DNA of 64,000 nt from Salpingoeca rosetta. Taxonomy: Eukaryota; Protista; Choanoflagellata. This document shows positions 26,103 to 43,400 of this stretch, in pieces. The translations under genes were made by a program, and so were the position numbers. The stretch spans positions 1,684,316 to 1,748,315 of the forward strand of contig JAWQFM010000004.1 of NCBI GenBank assembly GCA_033442325.1, written 5' to 3'. The notes beneath the pieces were generated by a model, which saw nothing but the letters and a program-made list of their open reading frames with translations, was not told where the DNA came from and did not search any database. How positions within the stretch are numbered: position 1 is the first letter of the stretch; the number at the start of each line of letters is the position of its first letter.

Positions 26103-27299
26103 TTAACATCCTGGGTCGATGACGAGGACGCTGTCCGCATGGTACGGAATGCCGTAGATGAGACCATTGGTGGCCATGACACCATCGTACCACTTACCAG
26201 TTGCATCAGACAAGCCGCCAATTCTAGTGGCGGGATTGATAATGAGCACGGATGTGGATGAGTGTGGGATGCCAACGATCTTGCCATTTGCTGCAAGAAA
26301 GCCGCCAATCCACTTATCGACACCGCCCAGGCCCGTGATAGTTGTGGTATCAGCAGTATTGCTGGCCGGGTTGATGATGAGGACGGAGGTGGCATGACGG
26401 GGAATGCCGTAAATGAGGCCGTTGGGAGCGAGAACACCACCGTACCACTTGTGATAGCCATTACCGACATCAGTTATGGAAGTAGTATCAGCTGTGTTTG
26501 TGGCAGGGTCAATGATGAGGACCGAGGGCGAATGACTTGGCATGCAATAGATGAGGCCATTGCTTGCCTGCACGCCCCCGTACCACTTGTCCGCGCCTCC
26601 CGCAAAACCACCAATAGACGAGGTGTCGGCCGTATTTGTGTCGGGATCGATGATGAGTACGGAAGGGGAGGAGCCTGGGATGCCGTAGATAAGGCCATTG
26701 CTGGCAAGGACACCACTAAACCACTTCCCGCTGTTGCTGCCTAGACCGGCGATTGTAGTCGTATCTGCTGTCTTGGAGTCTGGTCTGATGATGAGAACAG
26801 CATCAGCTGTGCTGGGGAAGCCGTAAATGAGACCATTCGGTGCCAACACGCCGCCTCCCCATTTGGTACCGGTCCCAAGCCCGTTGATGGTAGTTGTGTC
26901 AACGCTGTTGGTGGTCGGGTTGATAATGAGAACAGACGGAGAGTTATAGGGAATGCCAAAGATGAGGCCGTTAGAAGCCTGCACGCCGCCAATCCACTTC
27001 CACTTTGAGACAGCAGTGGGATACCCGCTGATACTGGTGCTGTCGGCTTGCGGCGTGCGCAAGAGACATGTGGTAGCTCGCAGCTCTTCAATCACCATTT
27101 GCTGCCTCTGCACAAGCTGAAACATCTGCCCGACATCCACGCCATTCACAAAGACGGGTGCGGCCCTGGGGTCGCTGGTGTTGATGTGCAGCGCGCCATA
27201 CTCGTCCTCTTCCATCACCACCTCCCCACACACGCGTGCAACGACTACCAGCACCAGCAACAGCATGGCAAATCCGAATTGCGCAGTGTGCTTGCACAT
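26103..27299 (-). CDS. Secreted 7-bladed beta-propeller protein with short coiled coil
   Basis: Signal peptide MLLLVLVVVARVCG; EEDEYGALHINTSDP...VFVNGVDV; seven KWxGG repeats; ends VIDPGC*. Confidence 0.88.
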   Translation of the reverse strand: MCKHTAQFGFAMLLLVLVVVARVCGEVVMEEDEYGALHINTSDPRAAPVFVNGVDVGQMFQLVQRQQMVIEELRATTCLLRTPQADSTSISGYPTAVSKWKWIGGVQASNGLIFGIPYNSPSVLIINPTTNSVDTTTINGLGTGTKWGGGVLAPNGLIYGFPSTADAVLIIRPDSKTADTTTIAGLGSNSGKWFSGVLASNGLIYGIPGSSPSVLIIDPDTNTADTSSIGGFAGGADKWYGGVQASNGLIYCMPSHSPSVLIIDPATNTADTTSITDVGNGYHKWYGGVLAPNGLIYGIPRHATSVLIINPASNTADTTTITGLGGVDKWIGGFLAANGKIVGIPHSSTSVLIINPATRIGGLSDATGKWYDGVMATNGLIYGIPYHADSVLVIDPGC

Positions 27300-29444
27300 C
27301 GCACCAACCCTAGCTTGCTGAGGGCGCGGTCGAACCATCGTCGCGTGGTTTTGTTAGTTTTGGGCACCACCCACTTGCCTCAAATGTTTTCGGTTGATTG
27401 TTTGTCATTTGCAGCAACAACAACAGCAGTAACTGGAACGACGTCCACCCGGCTACGATGCTGATGCCGAGGACGAGCAGAGCAGGAAGTGGCGCATGTC
27501 GAAGCAGATGGGCCAGGATCATGCCCTGGCTGGAACGGGTGCAGGTAGAACCGCAGTGGAAAGGAACGTGTGTGTGTGCTGGGAAGGGTGCGTGCTGGGA
27601 AGGGTGCGCGGTGGGAACAGCACGTACCACGCACCACAAACACTGACGCCGCATCCGTCACGTCCAACCAGCCGCGACTGCCGTACCTTCTGAACCATGT
27701 CCACAACCAGCCAGCTCATCCAGCACCAGCATGATCACCACCGACTTGTTGTCACCAACTCCCAGCAGCAGCTGGGCCACGTCCTTGCCACTGCTGTGAC
27801 GAAGGCGACGGTGATCAAGTACCACGCCGCCTCCCACAGGAACTGGCGCTGACGCGAACAATGAAGCTGCCAAACAGTTCCGCATCGCCCGTCGACTGGA
27901 CACATTCACAAAGCCAGCAGCACGCACAAGTGGCACCACGCACGCCCCAGCGTCCTCAACTTTGGCCAGTTCACCAGACAACTTCAGCAGCTTGTGCCGA
28001 CACGCGCGGCTGCGCATCTCGCTGATGAATGTCCTGTCTGACTCAATGAGGCAATCATGCCCGCTGCTGGTGGTTGTACTGCTTGTCGGCGGTGGAGGTC
28101 GCAAGCGCAAGCTCGCATGGAAACGTGCACACCAGCAAAATGATGTCTGCTACGAGGGTGTGCGTCAGGGACGACACGGCTTGACCAGGGCTTCCCTGCC
28201 AGGGCTTGTTCCCCGAGGTTGATGGCCTCACACACCTTGTCCACGACGCACTGCTCTGTGCTGCAGTCGAGCCAGGACACGCTGGTGGAGGTGCTGAAGA
28301 TGGCACGGAGTGCGGGCGTGGCTGGCCTTGCTGGCCGTAAACGACAACAGAGACGGAGGCGTGTCTGTCCGTGCATCCTCGACGGCGGCGCTCACGATGG
28401 CAGCGAACATGCGCACGGCTCGCTGCAGCTTAGCAACGCTGCCCACGTCAATTCGACGGGAGGTGATTGGCAGCTCAGGGCACAGCCTCGACGTGGTGGG
28501 TGACAAGCGCAACGGCGCCAAGCATCGTGCCTTGGGTCAAACTAGATGGCCAACAGGGCGGATCTCGACGGCCGTGGTGTTGGCCTTGTTGAAGCTGGGC
28601 ACACCGTACGCAGCCGGCACCGCGAAGCTCGGCCATACAGGAGCACGTGCTTTGCGTCGCGTGTTGATGCGGCTGATTCAAAGCTGGCACTGGCCGGCGT
28701 GGTGCTGTGTAATGGCTGCCAGCCTCGCGTGCTCCACTGCACAATGACAACACTTGTCATGTTCCACTGCTCCAGGGTGTACGCGATCAGGACACGCTCA
28801 CCATCGCAGGGCTGGTGCACACCCCCGCTGTTGCCGCTAATCGATCGTGCTGGCCACCAAACGGAGGGCGGCAGAGCGGCCACACGACAAGGGCTTGTCC
28901 GAGTCCCAAACACTGTGCGCCAGCGTACCCGGCAGCGACCAGGAGCACTCTGCTGCAAGGGGGCTGTGGATCAGGGGACACACGCAGCGAAGAAGAGGAG
29001 GAGGTCGGGCTGAGGAGGAGGTCAGGCTGTACACCGCCAAAATGCCGGCCTTCCGGCACAAGCAGGTGCTGCTCTCCGCTCGCAGACACGCTGATGGTGC
29101 CGATGAAGCCATGGCCCTCGCCAAAATGATGCCACAGGACCACAGAAGAAGCTGACGAAGTGGCGGCTGTTGCGATGGATTGGATCTCCGAGACGTGGAC
29201 GCTGGTGATTTGGCGGATCGTGTGCACTCCGTCGTCGGGGTCGCTGGAGGGGTGGCCACTCGCCACGACCAGTGGATGGCTGCAGCCGCAAAGCCGCGAA
29301 CGTCAGCGGAGTTGCTCAAAGAGACAACAGCAGCGCACGCGTTGCTGTGTCCACCACCTGCACCACACGGCCCAGATGAACGTTGTAGTGGAGGAGGCGC
29401 ACGGTCGCATGCAACAGGTGCATGGCCAGCAAACACATCCAGCA

Positions 29445-32900
<3,456 letters not shown>

Positions 32901-33774
32901 AAGCTGTTCGACAGCAACCGCCTTGTCATTGATCATGAGTGTGGTCTTGATCACCGTTGGCCCCCACACTGTTGCTGTCGCATACGATGGCCGCAATGCT
33001 CTGAGCACACGAGCCACATGTCATGGTGGGCTGTGGGACTGCCATGGTTGTTGTTGTTGCGGTGGTGGTGGTGGAGCCAAGTGGCCACATGCAGCAGCAG
33101 CAGATTCGCGTTGTTCTTCTGCTCCTCCATCCACCGTCTGGCAAGGACAGCTGGCCCACACTGGACATCGCACATGCTTGCAGTTGTCTTGGCGAAGGAG
33201 AAGCGCCATCAGAGGTGGCGCTGCGCGCATGCATGCTGGTGCCAACCAGACGGAGGGAGGAAAGGCACACTTATGATGACACCGGCAGCAGTGGCTGGGG
33301 AGTGTCTTGGAGAGAGAGGGACAGCTGCATCACGTGCGTGCATCAGGTGCACCTGTGTGTGTCCTTGTCTGCATGGACCTATGGACGCTATGTTCACAGA
33401 GGCACGAGGCAGCGTGGAGAAGGTGGTGGAGGGGGGAGGACGAGAGCGTCACGACGTCAGACACGACGCAAGACACGAGAGGAGGTCAGGTGCACCAACA
33501 CAGGCTGAGCACGTGTCATTGGTTGGAAACACATCACACTATCTGTCACTGTCAATCATTGCCATCATCATCGAAGCTGATTGATTGTGATTAATTTTTG
33601 TTTTTTTCGTGTGTTTGGTGTGAGGACTGCGAGGGGGCGTGGCGAGCTTGGGCCCGTTCCAAGCAACGGTGGTTGGCGAAACGAAGAAGAGCTGGTGGAG
33701 GAGCGTTTCTGTGTCATTTCCACACCTCTCTACTCTTGCGTTTTGGTTTTCACCAAGCTACCAAGAGCCAAGCA

Positions 33775-35786
33775 ATGTTCCGCTGTTGCCACAAGCCCAC
33801 AGCGACGGTGCCAGTCGCCGCCCATGACGCCGCCGCCTTTGACATCTTCATCTCGCTTCGCTTCAGCGAGGCACGAAACGCGGGGAAGGCGCTCCAGCGA
33901 GCGCTCGAGGCAAGGGGGCTGAAGGTGTTTCTGTGTGAGGTTCCTCCAGGCTCGAACATTGCCAAGGTTGTGATTCGAGCGCTGCATGGGTGCCGCATGG
34001 CGGTGATCCTTGGCACGCGTACGTATGGCAAAGAGACGGACAGCAGCTTCAGCACATTTGACGAGCTTCAGTACATTGTTGATCGAAGGAAGCCGTTCTT
34101 CCTTGTGAAGATGTGCGACGACTTTGAAGAGCCTGAGGCGCAATTTCACCTGAGGAGCAACGTGGCATATTTCGCTTGGACGCCCAAAAACGAGGATACA
34201 AACATCAGCGTGCCTCCGCCGCTGGTTGATGACATTGTTGGCAAGTTGAAGGTGAGAGCCTGCATATGCGATGGTGCGAGTATGGACCAAGCATGCGCTC
34301 GTGTTTGCATTCGAAGCAACGTTTTCGTGTGTGTTTGGGCCGCTCATGAGTTGTGCCTGTGTGCTGTTGTCCTGTTGTTGACTCACATACAACACACTGT
34401 CTTCCTTCGCTTGCTTCTGGGTAGGAGCAGACCCCCAACACCCTGACCAACGCATCAGGCCAGCAACTGGCTGCCACAACTTCGTTCGACAGCCCACTTT
34501 CTGTCTCTGAACCGCCGTTCAGCCCAGGACGCGAGGATGCGAAGATGTTTGCCATGGAAGTTGGTCATGAGCCATTGACTGTCAAGCGCGGTTGTAACTG
34601 GAAACGGGCGTTGCGCACGGCGTTGGCGGTTGCCATTGTGGTTGGCGTTGCCGTGGCTGTTCCAATCACGGTGCTGTCTGGAGGTAGCGGGAACGGTCCC
34701 GACGGGCCTGGAGGAGGTCCCGACGGGCCTGAAGGAGGCCCCGGAGGGAACATGAGCAACGCGTCCCTTCCAACAACCACCAGCTTGCCGACTACAATCA
34801 ACGGTACCACAAAGGCGACTTTGGCTGCAGCCGGAACTGGAACGTTTGGTCAGCTTGGGCCAACAGCAGACAAGTGGCTTGGCGGCGTGCTGGCAAGCAA
34901 CGGGCTGATCTATGCCGCGCCTTGGTACTCGCCTTCCGTGCTCATCATCAACCCCAGCACCAACACCGTCGACACCACCACCATCTCGGGACTTGGAACG
35001 GATCCAGCCAAGTGGGCTGGTGGGGTGATGGCACACAACGGCCTCGTTTACATGTTCCCTTCAAACAGGCAGTCGATGCTCATCATCGACCCAGACACCA
35101 ATGCGGTTGACATCACGAGCATCCACTCACTTGGCTCGACGAGCAACAAGTGGTATAGTGGCGTTGTGGCCAGCAACCAACTCATCTTCGGCATCCCGTT
35201 GTATGCCACGTATGTGCTGATAATTGATCCGAAAACCAGCACCGCCGACATCACGACGATGGCAGGACTGTCGAGCGGGACGCACAAATGGTATGGTGGC
35301 GTGCAGGCAGACAATGACCTCATCTACTGCATCCCCGTGAAAGCTTCTTCTGTTCTTATCATCAACCCAGGGTCCTTGACGATGGACCTCACGACCATCA
35401 GTGACCTCAGTTCCACAGGCAGCAAGTGGTATGGTGGTGTGCTGGCAGAGAATGGCTTCATCTACACCATCCCAGCCTACTCAGCGACGATACTCGTCAT
35501 CGACCCAGCCACAAACGCGACCAACGAGCTTGTTGTTGCACCCGCACCAGGCTCCTTGAAGTGGAATGGCGGTGTGCTCGCACCCAACGGCAACATCATT
35601 GGCATCCCGCACGACTCTCAATCAGTCCTTGTCCTTGATCCAACAACTAACACCACCGACACAACAACCATCAGCAATCTTCATGGCTCTGCCAAGTGGC
35701 TAGATGGTGTGCTTGCTCCAAACGGCCTCATCTACGGCATTCCACATGATGCTGAGTCCGTCCTCGTCATCGATCCCGGCTGCTGA
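33775..35786 (+). CDS. TIR domain - TM helix - extracellular 7-bladed beta-propeller (type II membrane protein, about 612 aa, 2 exons)
   Basis: Exon 1 33775-34251 (FDIFISLRF...GLKVFL...AVILGTRTYG...STFDELQY); intron 34252-34424 (gtgaga...ctcac...tag), phase 0 and in frame with ORF 34545..35786; basic residues then ALAVAIVVGVAVAVPITVL; G/P/T-rich stalk; seven KWxGG repeats; VIDPGC*. Confidence 0.85.
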
Positions 35787-35817
35787 CGCATGTTTGTGCG
35801 TGTGTGTGTTTGTGGTG

Positions 35818-35873
<56 letters not shown>

Positions 35874-36484
35874 TGCGTTTGATTGCTTCTCGAAAGCATG
35901 TGAGTGCTTCTGTTTGGTGCTGGGCCGGCCGCCCTTTGTGTTTGTTCCTCCTGCCTTTGTGCGGTCCTTTTCCGCCGCTGCGCCGCACCTCGTTCATTTC
36001 CCACCGTGCAAGCACGTGTTGTGTATGCTCTGTTATGTATGCTTGATTCGTTTATCAAGTGTACAGAAATGCACCCTGCCACCAATCTCAAATGCACTCA
36101 CGTGCTCCAGCAAGTGCAGGGAGAGCAAGTGACAAGAATGAGTCACCATTCATGTTAACAGACCACAAGCATAAAGGGCACAACAAGCAAGCAACGTGTG
36201 AAGCAAACATAACCTTTATGTGAACGACGCACACACACACACACACACACACTCACACACACACACACACACACACACACTCCCACACTCACACACACAC
36301 CACACAGAGCACGTTGTTTTCTCACAGTCTGTTTTTCCACAATGCATCCCAACGCGACCATTCGCCAGTCCTTGAAGCTCCTGGTTGAGCGAGCGCGTTC
36401 CAAGCTGCATGGGAAGATGCGTGACATTCACGGGTGGTGGCGAACGCGAAAAGGTGCCTGCCACACAAAAGGACAGCACACCAC

Positions 36485-37042
36485 ATGATGAAGAGACGGC
36501 AGCCTGACATGCCTTGCCGCCCCTGCCGCTTGCCTCGCCGCTTGCAGGTGCTGCTGCTTGCGTTGCTGGTTGTTGCAGCAGCTGCAGGGAGCGGTGCACA
36601 CGCCAGCATCCACAGGAGGCGACGAGGGCCATCGTGGCCATCACCGCCAGCAGCGTTCAAGGATGTGACCAGCGCGATCCGGCGAGGCTGGAGCACGAGG
36701 CCACCCAACGTGCCCTCGCAGTACTTTGTAGAGAAGAAGACAACCAACGATGGCGGCGTCCTGTTTGTGTACACGCACAGCAAGGGTGTGGGGAGCGCTG
36801 CAAGCGTTAGTAGCGGTGCAAGTGGCAGCGGTAACGAGGGTGGCCACGGCGACGATTCGGCGCTACCACCCTGCGATGTCTCTGCCGTCATTAGCTATCG
36901 CGAGCGCATCGATCCAATCCACCAGGTGACGTGTGTGTGTTTTGTATGTATGTATGTATGTATGTATGTATGTATGTATGTATGTATGTATGTATGTATG
37001 TATGTATGTATGTATGTATGTATGTATGTATGTATGTATGTA

Positions 37043-37095
<53 letters not shown>

Positions 37096-37430
37096 ATGTA
37101 TGTATGTATGTATGTATGTATGTATGTATGTATGTATGTATGTATGTATGTATGTATGTATGTATGTATGTATGTATGTATGTATGTGCGCGCTTTTACC
37201 CTCCGCGGTGGGCGTGTCGTCTTGTGATGTACCATTGACCGTCCACCGGTCCTGTTGCCAACGCAGATTGTACAAACACGGCTGCGCCAGAAGGGCGTGT
37301 GCCATTTCCACCTCGTCGTTGTCCTGTGGGACGTGGCATGGACCAAGCATCAGGTAACTTTTCGAGATGAAACCATGGATGCAATTGTGCATGTGAGTGT
37401 ATGTGTGTGTGTGTGTGTGTGCGTGTCTGT

Positions 37431-37477
<47 letters not shown>

Positions 37478-37480
37478 TGT

Positions 37481-37517
<37 letters not shown>

Positions 37518-38582
37518 GTTGACCTTGTTTGCAGCAACCATCAAACACACGACACTTACAACCGCCCCCTACCTGATCACCCAACACCCGCTTCATGTGC
37601 TCGGCAGGTCGAGGAGTATGTTCGTGTCCTGAAGACGCGACCGCGAACGACGCTACTGATCCATCGTGGATCGTTGACGTGCTACATGTGCCTGCGCAAC
37701 ATGGCACTGCCGTACATCGCCTCCTCCAAATACACCCTCTGGGCAGACCACGGCACCCTATGGAAGGACAAGTACGTTGCGTTGTGTGTTTGTACAAGTG
37801 TGTGTGCGTTTGCATTGTGTGCCTGTGTTTGCATGTTTCACACCCGCTTCTTGTTCTTTAACTCCCCGCCCCACACGTGAACAACTCCCGCCTTCCCCCC
37901 CCCCCCACACACACATTAGCATGNNNNNNNNNNNNNNNNNNNNNNNNNNNNNNNNNNNNNNNNNNNNNNNNNNNNNNNNNNNNNNNNNNNNNNNNNNNNN
38001 NNNNNNNNNNNNNNNNNNNNNNNNNNNNNNNNNNNNNNNNNNNNNNNNNNNNNNNNNNNNNNNNNNNNNNNNNNNNNNNNNNNNNNNNNNNNNNNNNNNN
38101 NNNNNNNNNNNNNNNNNNTCAACCTCACAAACACTCAGCCCCCCCCCCTTTCGGTTGGGTTTTCAGGGGGACAATTATTTGAGGGGGTTCACACCCACAG
38201 ATTGGGCGGAACCTTCATTTTTCCTTCCCCGCAAAACGTTTATATTTTTAAACAAAGGTGCGTGTGCGCGTGTGGTCCCCACCCCTGTTTTTGTCCACAC
38301 AAGTTGGCCTGTGTTTGTTCGTGTGTGTTAGAGCGTTTTTTTTCCCCCCCCCCGGTTTCTTGCCAATCGGGGCACCCCATCCTAACGCCGCCAACATTCA
38401 TGACCCCCACCGTCACCACCGCAGGCCCCACTTTGACCCTGGGGCCCACGGCCCCTTTTTCCCCCCCCTGAGTATCCCCATCTTCCGGCGGTTTGGTCGC
38501 CAGCGCCAAGTGGCGCAGGTCAGGGGTGAAGGCGCCTTTTTTTTTCCCGTGGTCGGTCGGGAAAGGGAGGCAGTGGGGGGGT

Positions 38583-38664
<82 letters not shown>

Positions 38665-39984
38665 TGTGTGTGTGGGCTTTGTGTTTGTGTGTGGTGCCCC
38701 TGCGCGTGTGCGCGTGCGCGCCTACTTAAGCTCCTTTCTCAATCTAGTGCCCCCCCCCCGGCCACACACACAGTCCGGCTACGAGGTGAGCGACTTTATC
38801 AATTTCGTTTGGCAATGGGACCCAATGACCAACATCCAACACAACCATTACACCAACGCGCGCAACGGCTTTCTCGACCTCAACTACAGGTAGGCACCAC
38901 CATTGTCTGAGTGCATGCGTGCATGCATGCATGGTGTTCCTCGCTCCACACCACTACACACATACAAACACATACACACATACCACTACACACACACGCA
39001 CACATACCACGACATGCACCCACGCACACACATATGCACACACATGCACACATACACATGCACACACATACACATACAAATACACACACACACACACATC
39101 CCCTCACCATCCCCCACCTCCCCAAACACACCATCAGGTGCATCCACAGCGATGTGACGTCGCGGTTGTCTGAGATGTCCATGGTGGAGCGCGTACCGGA
39201 CGAGCCGCAGACGCACGCGGCGCTGATCTTGGCGCACCTCGGGCTTGCCTTCTGGCACGAGTTCTGCTTCGTCAGCGGCGCAGACGTGAGTGCAGCCACG
39301 CATCCCATGCAGCTGCCACGTGACAGTGTCACCTCAAACTTCACGTGCGACCGCTGGCTCTCCTTGCCAGAGGCGCTTGGCATGCAGCCGTTTATGCCCA
39401 GCAGCGGCATTGTGTTCCGCAGCAACTTTGGCATCTTGCAGTCTGCGCCCTTCAACCTGACGGCTGCGGACGAGCTGCGGCGCATCTGGGATGAGCCCCT
39501 CAAGTCGCTGCCGTGGGAGCGCGTGACCAAGCTGGCAGAGGGTACGGTGGAGACAAAGTGCCTGGAGCGGCGCCATGCGATTGCCGTCATCTCGGGCCTT
39601 GATCCTGACAAGGTGCCGGGTCACCTCCGCCTGCTGCGCAACCTGCGCCACCTCTCATCGCTCGTACTGGAAGAGACGGTTCTGGCGAACACCATCAAGG
39701 ACGTGACGCGAACGCAGCTCTGGATTCTGCTGAAGACACGCCCCCTGAAGCAGACGCCAGTGCCACTGCGCTCGTTTGCAGCGTTGCTGGACGACGTTGT
39801 GGAGCAAGTGCGCGCGCATAACGCGCAGGGCAGCGGCCGCTTCCTGAAGGTGCAGTACCTCTCGGCAGAGGGCGACGCCTCGGAGCAGCACGTGTTGTGG
39901 ACGGCGGGCTTGAAAGTGCGCGGCGTGCGCCACTACCGCGTCACTCTGCAGGAGCTTGAGGATGCACTCAGACCCGAGTGGTGA
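36485..39984 (+). CDS. Putative GT-A-fold (family 2-like) glycosyltransferase with N-terminal signal/anchor, paralogue 1, multi-exon
   Basis: N-terminal hydrophobic helix; DVSAVISYRER, HLVVVLWD, CLRNMALPYIASSKYTLWADHG resemble GT2 strand order; exons match paralogue 2; ends LRPEW*. Contains an assembly gap. Confidence 0.6.
36943..37187. repeat. Compound (TATG)n-(TG)n-(TATG)n microsatellite in intron 1
   Basis: Directly visible. Confidence 0.95.
37924..38118. other. Assembly gap, followed by low-quality sequence to about 38580
   Basis: N run; homopolymer-inflated flanks that still align to paralogue 2 exons. Confidence 0.95.
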
Positions 39985-40257
39985 TTGTGTGCGTGTGCGT
40001 TTGACTGTGCGTGCGTGTGCGTGCGTGTGCGTGCGTGTGTTTAACCGTGCGATTTCGTTCGTCCCCTTCTTGTGCACACCATGTTCACTTTCCTTCTTGC
40101 CTAGATGATGACCTAGTTGACAGTTACGTTACTTGCAGACATTACAGAGCCAACACCAAGCACAGTGCCCATTCCAGTGACGAGCACACTCGAATGCGAG
40201 CAAGCGCGCACACACACGCACGCACACACACACACACACGCACGCACACACACACAC

Positions 40258-40329
<72 letters not shown>

Positions 40330-40442
40330 GCACACACGCCACTCTCACCCTCCCCCCCCCCACACACACCCATCCACCCCACCCCCACCCATCCCCACAC
40401 ATTACGCAATGCACACCACCCCCCCCCCCCACCCCCAAATCC

Positions 40443-43400
40443 TCACAGCGACTTCAACGCAGCCTTGTTCTTCTGATTTGCTTTGATAGTTGAACCAGAC
40501 ACTTCCATGTCTGGCGCCGAAAGTTCCATTGCATCATCGTCAAGGTGCAGCGCCTGCAACTCGTCTTGCACAGTTGCCGCCATGGTGACGGGCTTCTTGT
40601 GCTTCTGGCTGGCGTTGCCACTGCCGTGCCCAAAGTGCAGGTTCAGAGCTTGCGCGGCCTTGAAGGGCATTGTTGACGCTCGTCGGAAGTTGTGCAAACA
40701 CAAAAACACAGACGGGAGCACGTGGTGCAGCTTGCGATACAGTGTCTCCTTGCACAGCGCCTGCGTGGTCTCATCCAGCAAGCCAGCTTGACGCAGCACT
40801 TCCACAGAGCACCATGGTGGGGTGTCGTACACAAGGTCGTGCATGCATTGAAACAGCCCTGGCACGTCATCGCTGTAGTCACACGCATCGCCACAGGTGC
40901 TGCTGCTGCAGTCGCCGTCACTGTGCTCCATGGCATGCATCAGCGCTGGCATTCCTTGGCGTAGCACAGCCTTCCATTTGTCAGTGAACTTGTCATGTCC
41001 TCCACCGACACCAGTGTGCGCCAACCAATACCCACCCGTCCACTGGCTGAGGAACTTGCCGATGGCGTTCCTCTTGTCGGCGCTTAGCTGCTGCCACTCA
41101 TCACTTGTGCACTGCTGTTTCTTCACTCGCACCTGGCTCAACTGCAGCGCAGGCAACAAGCAGCGCGCCACCACGTCGCTCGGGTCATGGTCCTGGAACA
41201 GGAAGACGCCGCCGCCTTCTGCTGTGCGGAGGTAATCATCCGCGCTCACGCGTTGTGCCGGTGACTCGCATGTAAGCCGCACAACGGCGTCCTTGGCCGC
41301 TTCCTGAAACGCCGCCTCTGCACCCTCGTTGACAACGCCAGCCATGGTGCTGGTGGTGGTACTGGTGGTACTGTCACCGCTGCTGGTGGTGTCACCGCTG
41401 CTGGTGGTGGTGGTGGTGCTGACATTGCCACGCATGCGGATGAATGCAATCACCTGGCCAAACGCAAACATGTCTGCTGGCTTTGACCTTTGGCGGTGAT
41501 GTGGGGCAACAGCACGCTGCTCTGGTGCCAGCCACTCCTGACCACAATCCATGCACCCAACACCCAGCCCGTATGCAGCCAGCTTTGCACGGTACACGCT
41601 GCTGCTGGGTACGCTCGCCCCAACCTCCTGCGGACAGCACAGCACGTGATGTGGGCACAGGCTGCCGTGCGTGAGCTGACGCGAGTGCAGGAAGTGCAGT
41701 CCGTGAGTGATGTCACGGATGAGAGAGCGCAGCGCCGCGTGATCAAGGGAGGACAAGATATCCGGCGACAACGGGCGCGAGTGACATGGCACACGCGCTG
41801 GCAGGAAGGAAATGTTGAGGCTGCTGTCGTGCTGAACACCCTGGTAGCGAAGGAGGGCATCAGGCAGTACCGTGCCACTTGCAGGTAGCTGCAGTGCGCT
41901 GCTTGGTTGCATAATTGCCCACACAGCCACCTGAGTGCTGGAAGCTGTCGCATGAGAGGGCGCATGCGTGCCACCTGCCGTGCCTTCAGCATCAGACATG
42001 CTGCCTTCGTACACGTGCTTACCAAAGAGCCCACCCATAAACTGCAACGACGAAACCCGTATGCCATCGAGGACATGTGGCGCACCACGCGGCCACGTGG
42101 GTTGCGGTGTGGAGGTCGTTGGCAGTTGCTCCGTCACGAAGCGCGGGTCTGTTGCCATGGAGAACGCATAACGCCTGTTGCGGGTTTTGTCAACACGATG
42201 CACGAGCGCCTCATGGTACGCGGCCGACACAGGATCCGAGTCACTCGCACTGGGTGGCGGCGGCAAGACAATGTCAGAGTACACCGTCGTGGGTGCGGGA
42301 AACGTGCGCAGGCCGCGCTGGAACAAGGGCTGGGTGACTGCCAGAGGATCTGTTGCGGCAGCTGTGACCAAACAGCGCTTCTCGAATGAGGTTGTGCCTA
42401 TCGACTCCTCCACAACATCAACCGCAACAAGCACAGCCAAGTGGAGAACCAGTGGGTTGTCGCCCACCACGATGATGTCCAGGCCCTGCCGATGCTCGTC
42501 GTCATCCGTGCACACCGCCAGGCAATTGGTGTCGTTGATTTGGGCCACAAACATGCCCAAGCTGAGGTGGATGGGCACGCCTCGAATGGCGTTCACAATC
42601 GGAAACAGCCGTCTCACAATCGCTGACCAGCACGTGGGCGGCAGCCACTCGTTCGCCTTTGTGCACTGCAGGCGCCGTCCAAAGATGACGCTCGCCTCAC
42701 TGCCAAGCAGCTCGTTCATCCTGGCTCTGATGGTCGGGTGAGGATCTTGGCGAGGAAGGAGGGCGGGAAACGTGAAGCGCCCGTCACCCAGTGCAAAGCA
42801 CACGTCAAAGGAAGCGAGGAATGGCAGCAAATCGTCCTGCGCGTGCTGTGGGATGCGAATGCTTCGTTTTTCCAGCGCGTTTACGGCTTGCAGTACAGAT
42901 ACGCCAGGCACGAAGATCGCTGTGCTTGCTGTGCCCGCCTGCGCAGTCGTCAGCCTCAAGCCGTGCAGCGGGTGCAGCAGCGCCGCCATCAGCTTGCTTA
43001 GCCAGGTCACCGGCTCCAGCACACACCGGTCCTCGTCATCGGGAATGCGCCGCACCACACCCGCATCATCCAAGAACCTCAAAATGAGGTCGGGGTCTTT
43101 GTCTCGAAAGTCAATCTCGGACACACTGATGATGGGCCACACCTGGTGCTGCTCCATTTTCATGCTCTGCACACAGTTCTTGATGCTCAAATAGGCGGTA
43201 GGGACTTGGACGTAGGGCACACCTTCCCTTCGCAGTGTTGCGAGTTCTTCATCCAGGGCAACAAGGCCGTTATCGGCGCCTGCATCACCAATGTCTTGTT
43301 CATCGTAGCGTGGGGCAAAACAGCAGTGACCAAGATGAAACTCGCTTCCAACCCGCTCTTGCACAACAGCGTGGAGGTGCTGGAGCTCAAAATCAAAGGA

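Noticed and set aside
27650-29300. ORFs with a Walker B-like MLVLDE
   Set aside because: No Walker A or coherent frame; probably decayed coding DNA that I cannot identify.
38118-38580. Apparent pseudogenisation of GT paralogue 1
   Set aside because: Homopolymer-inflated sequence beside a gap indicates low read quality.
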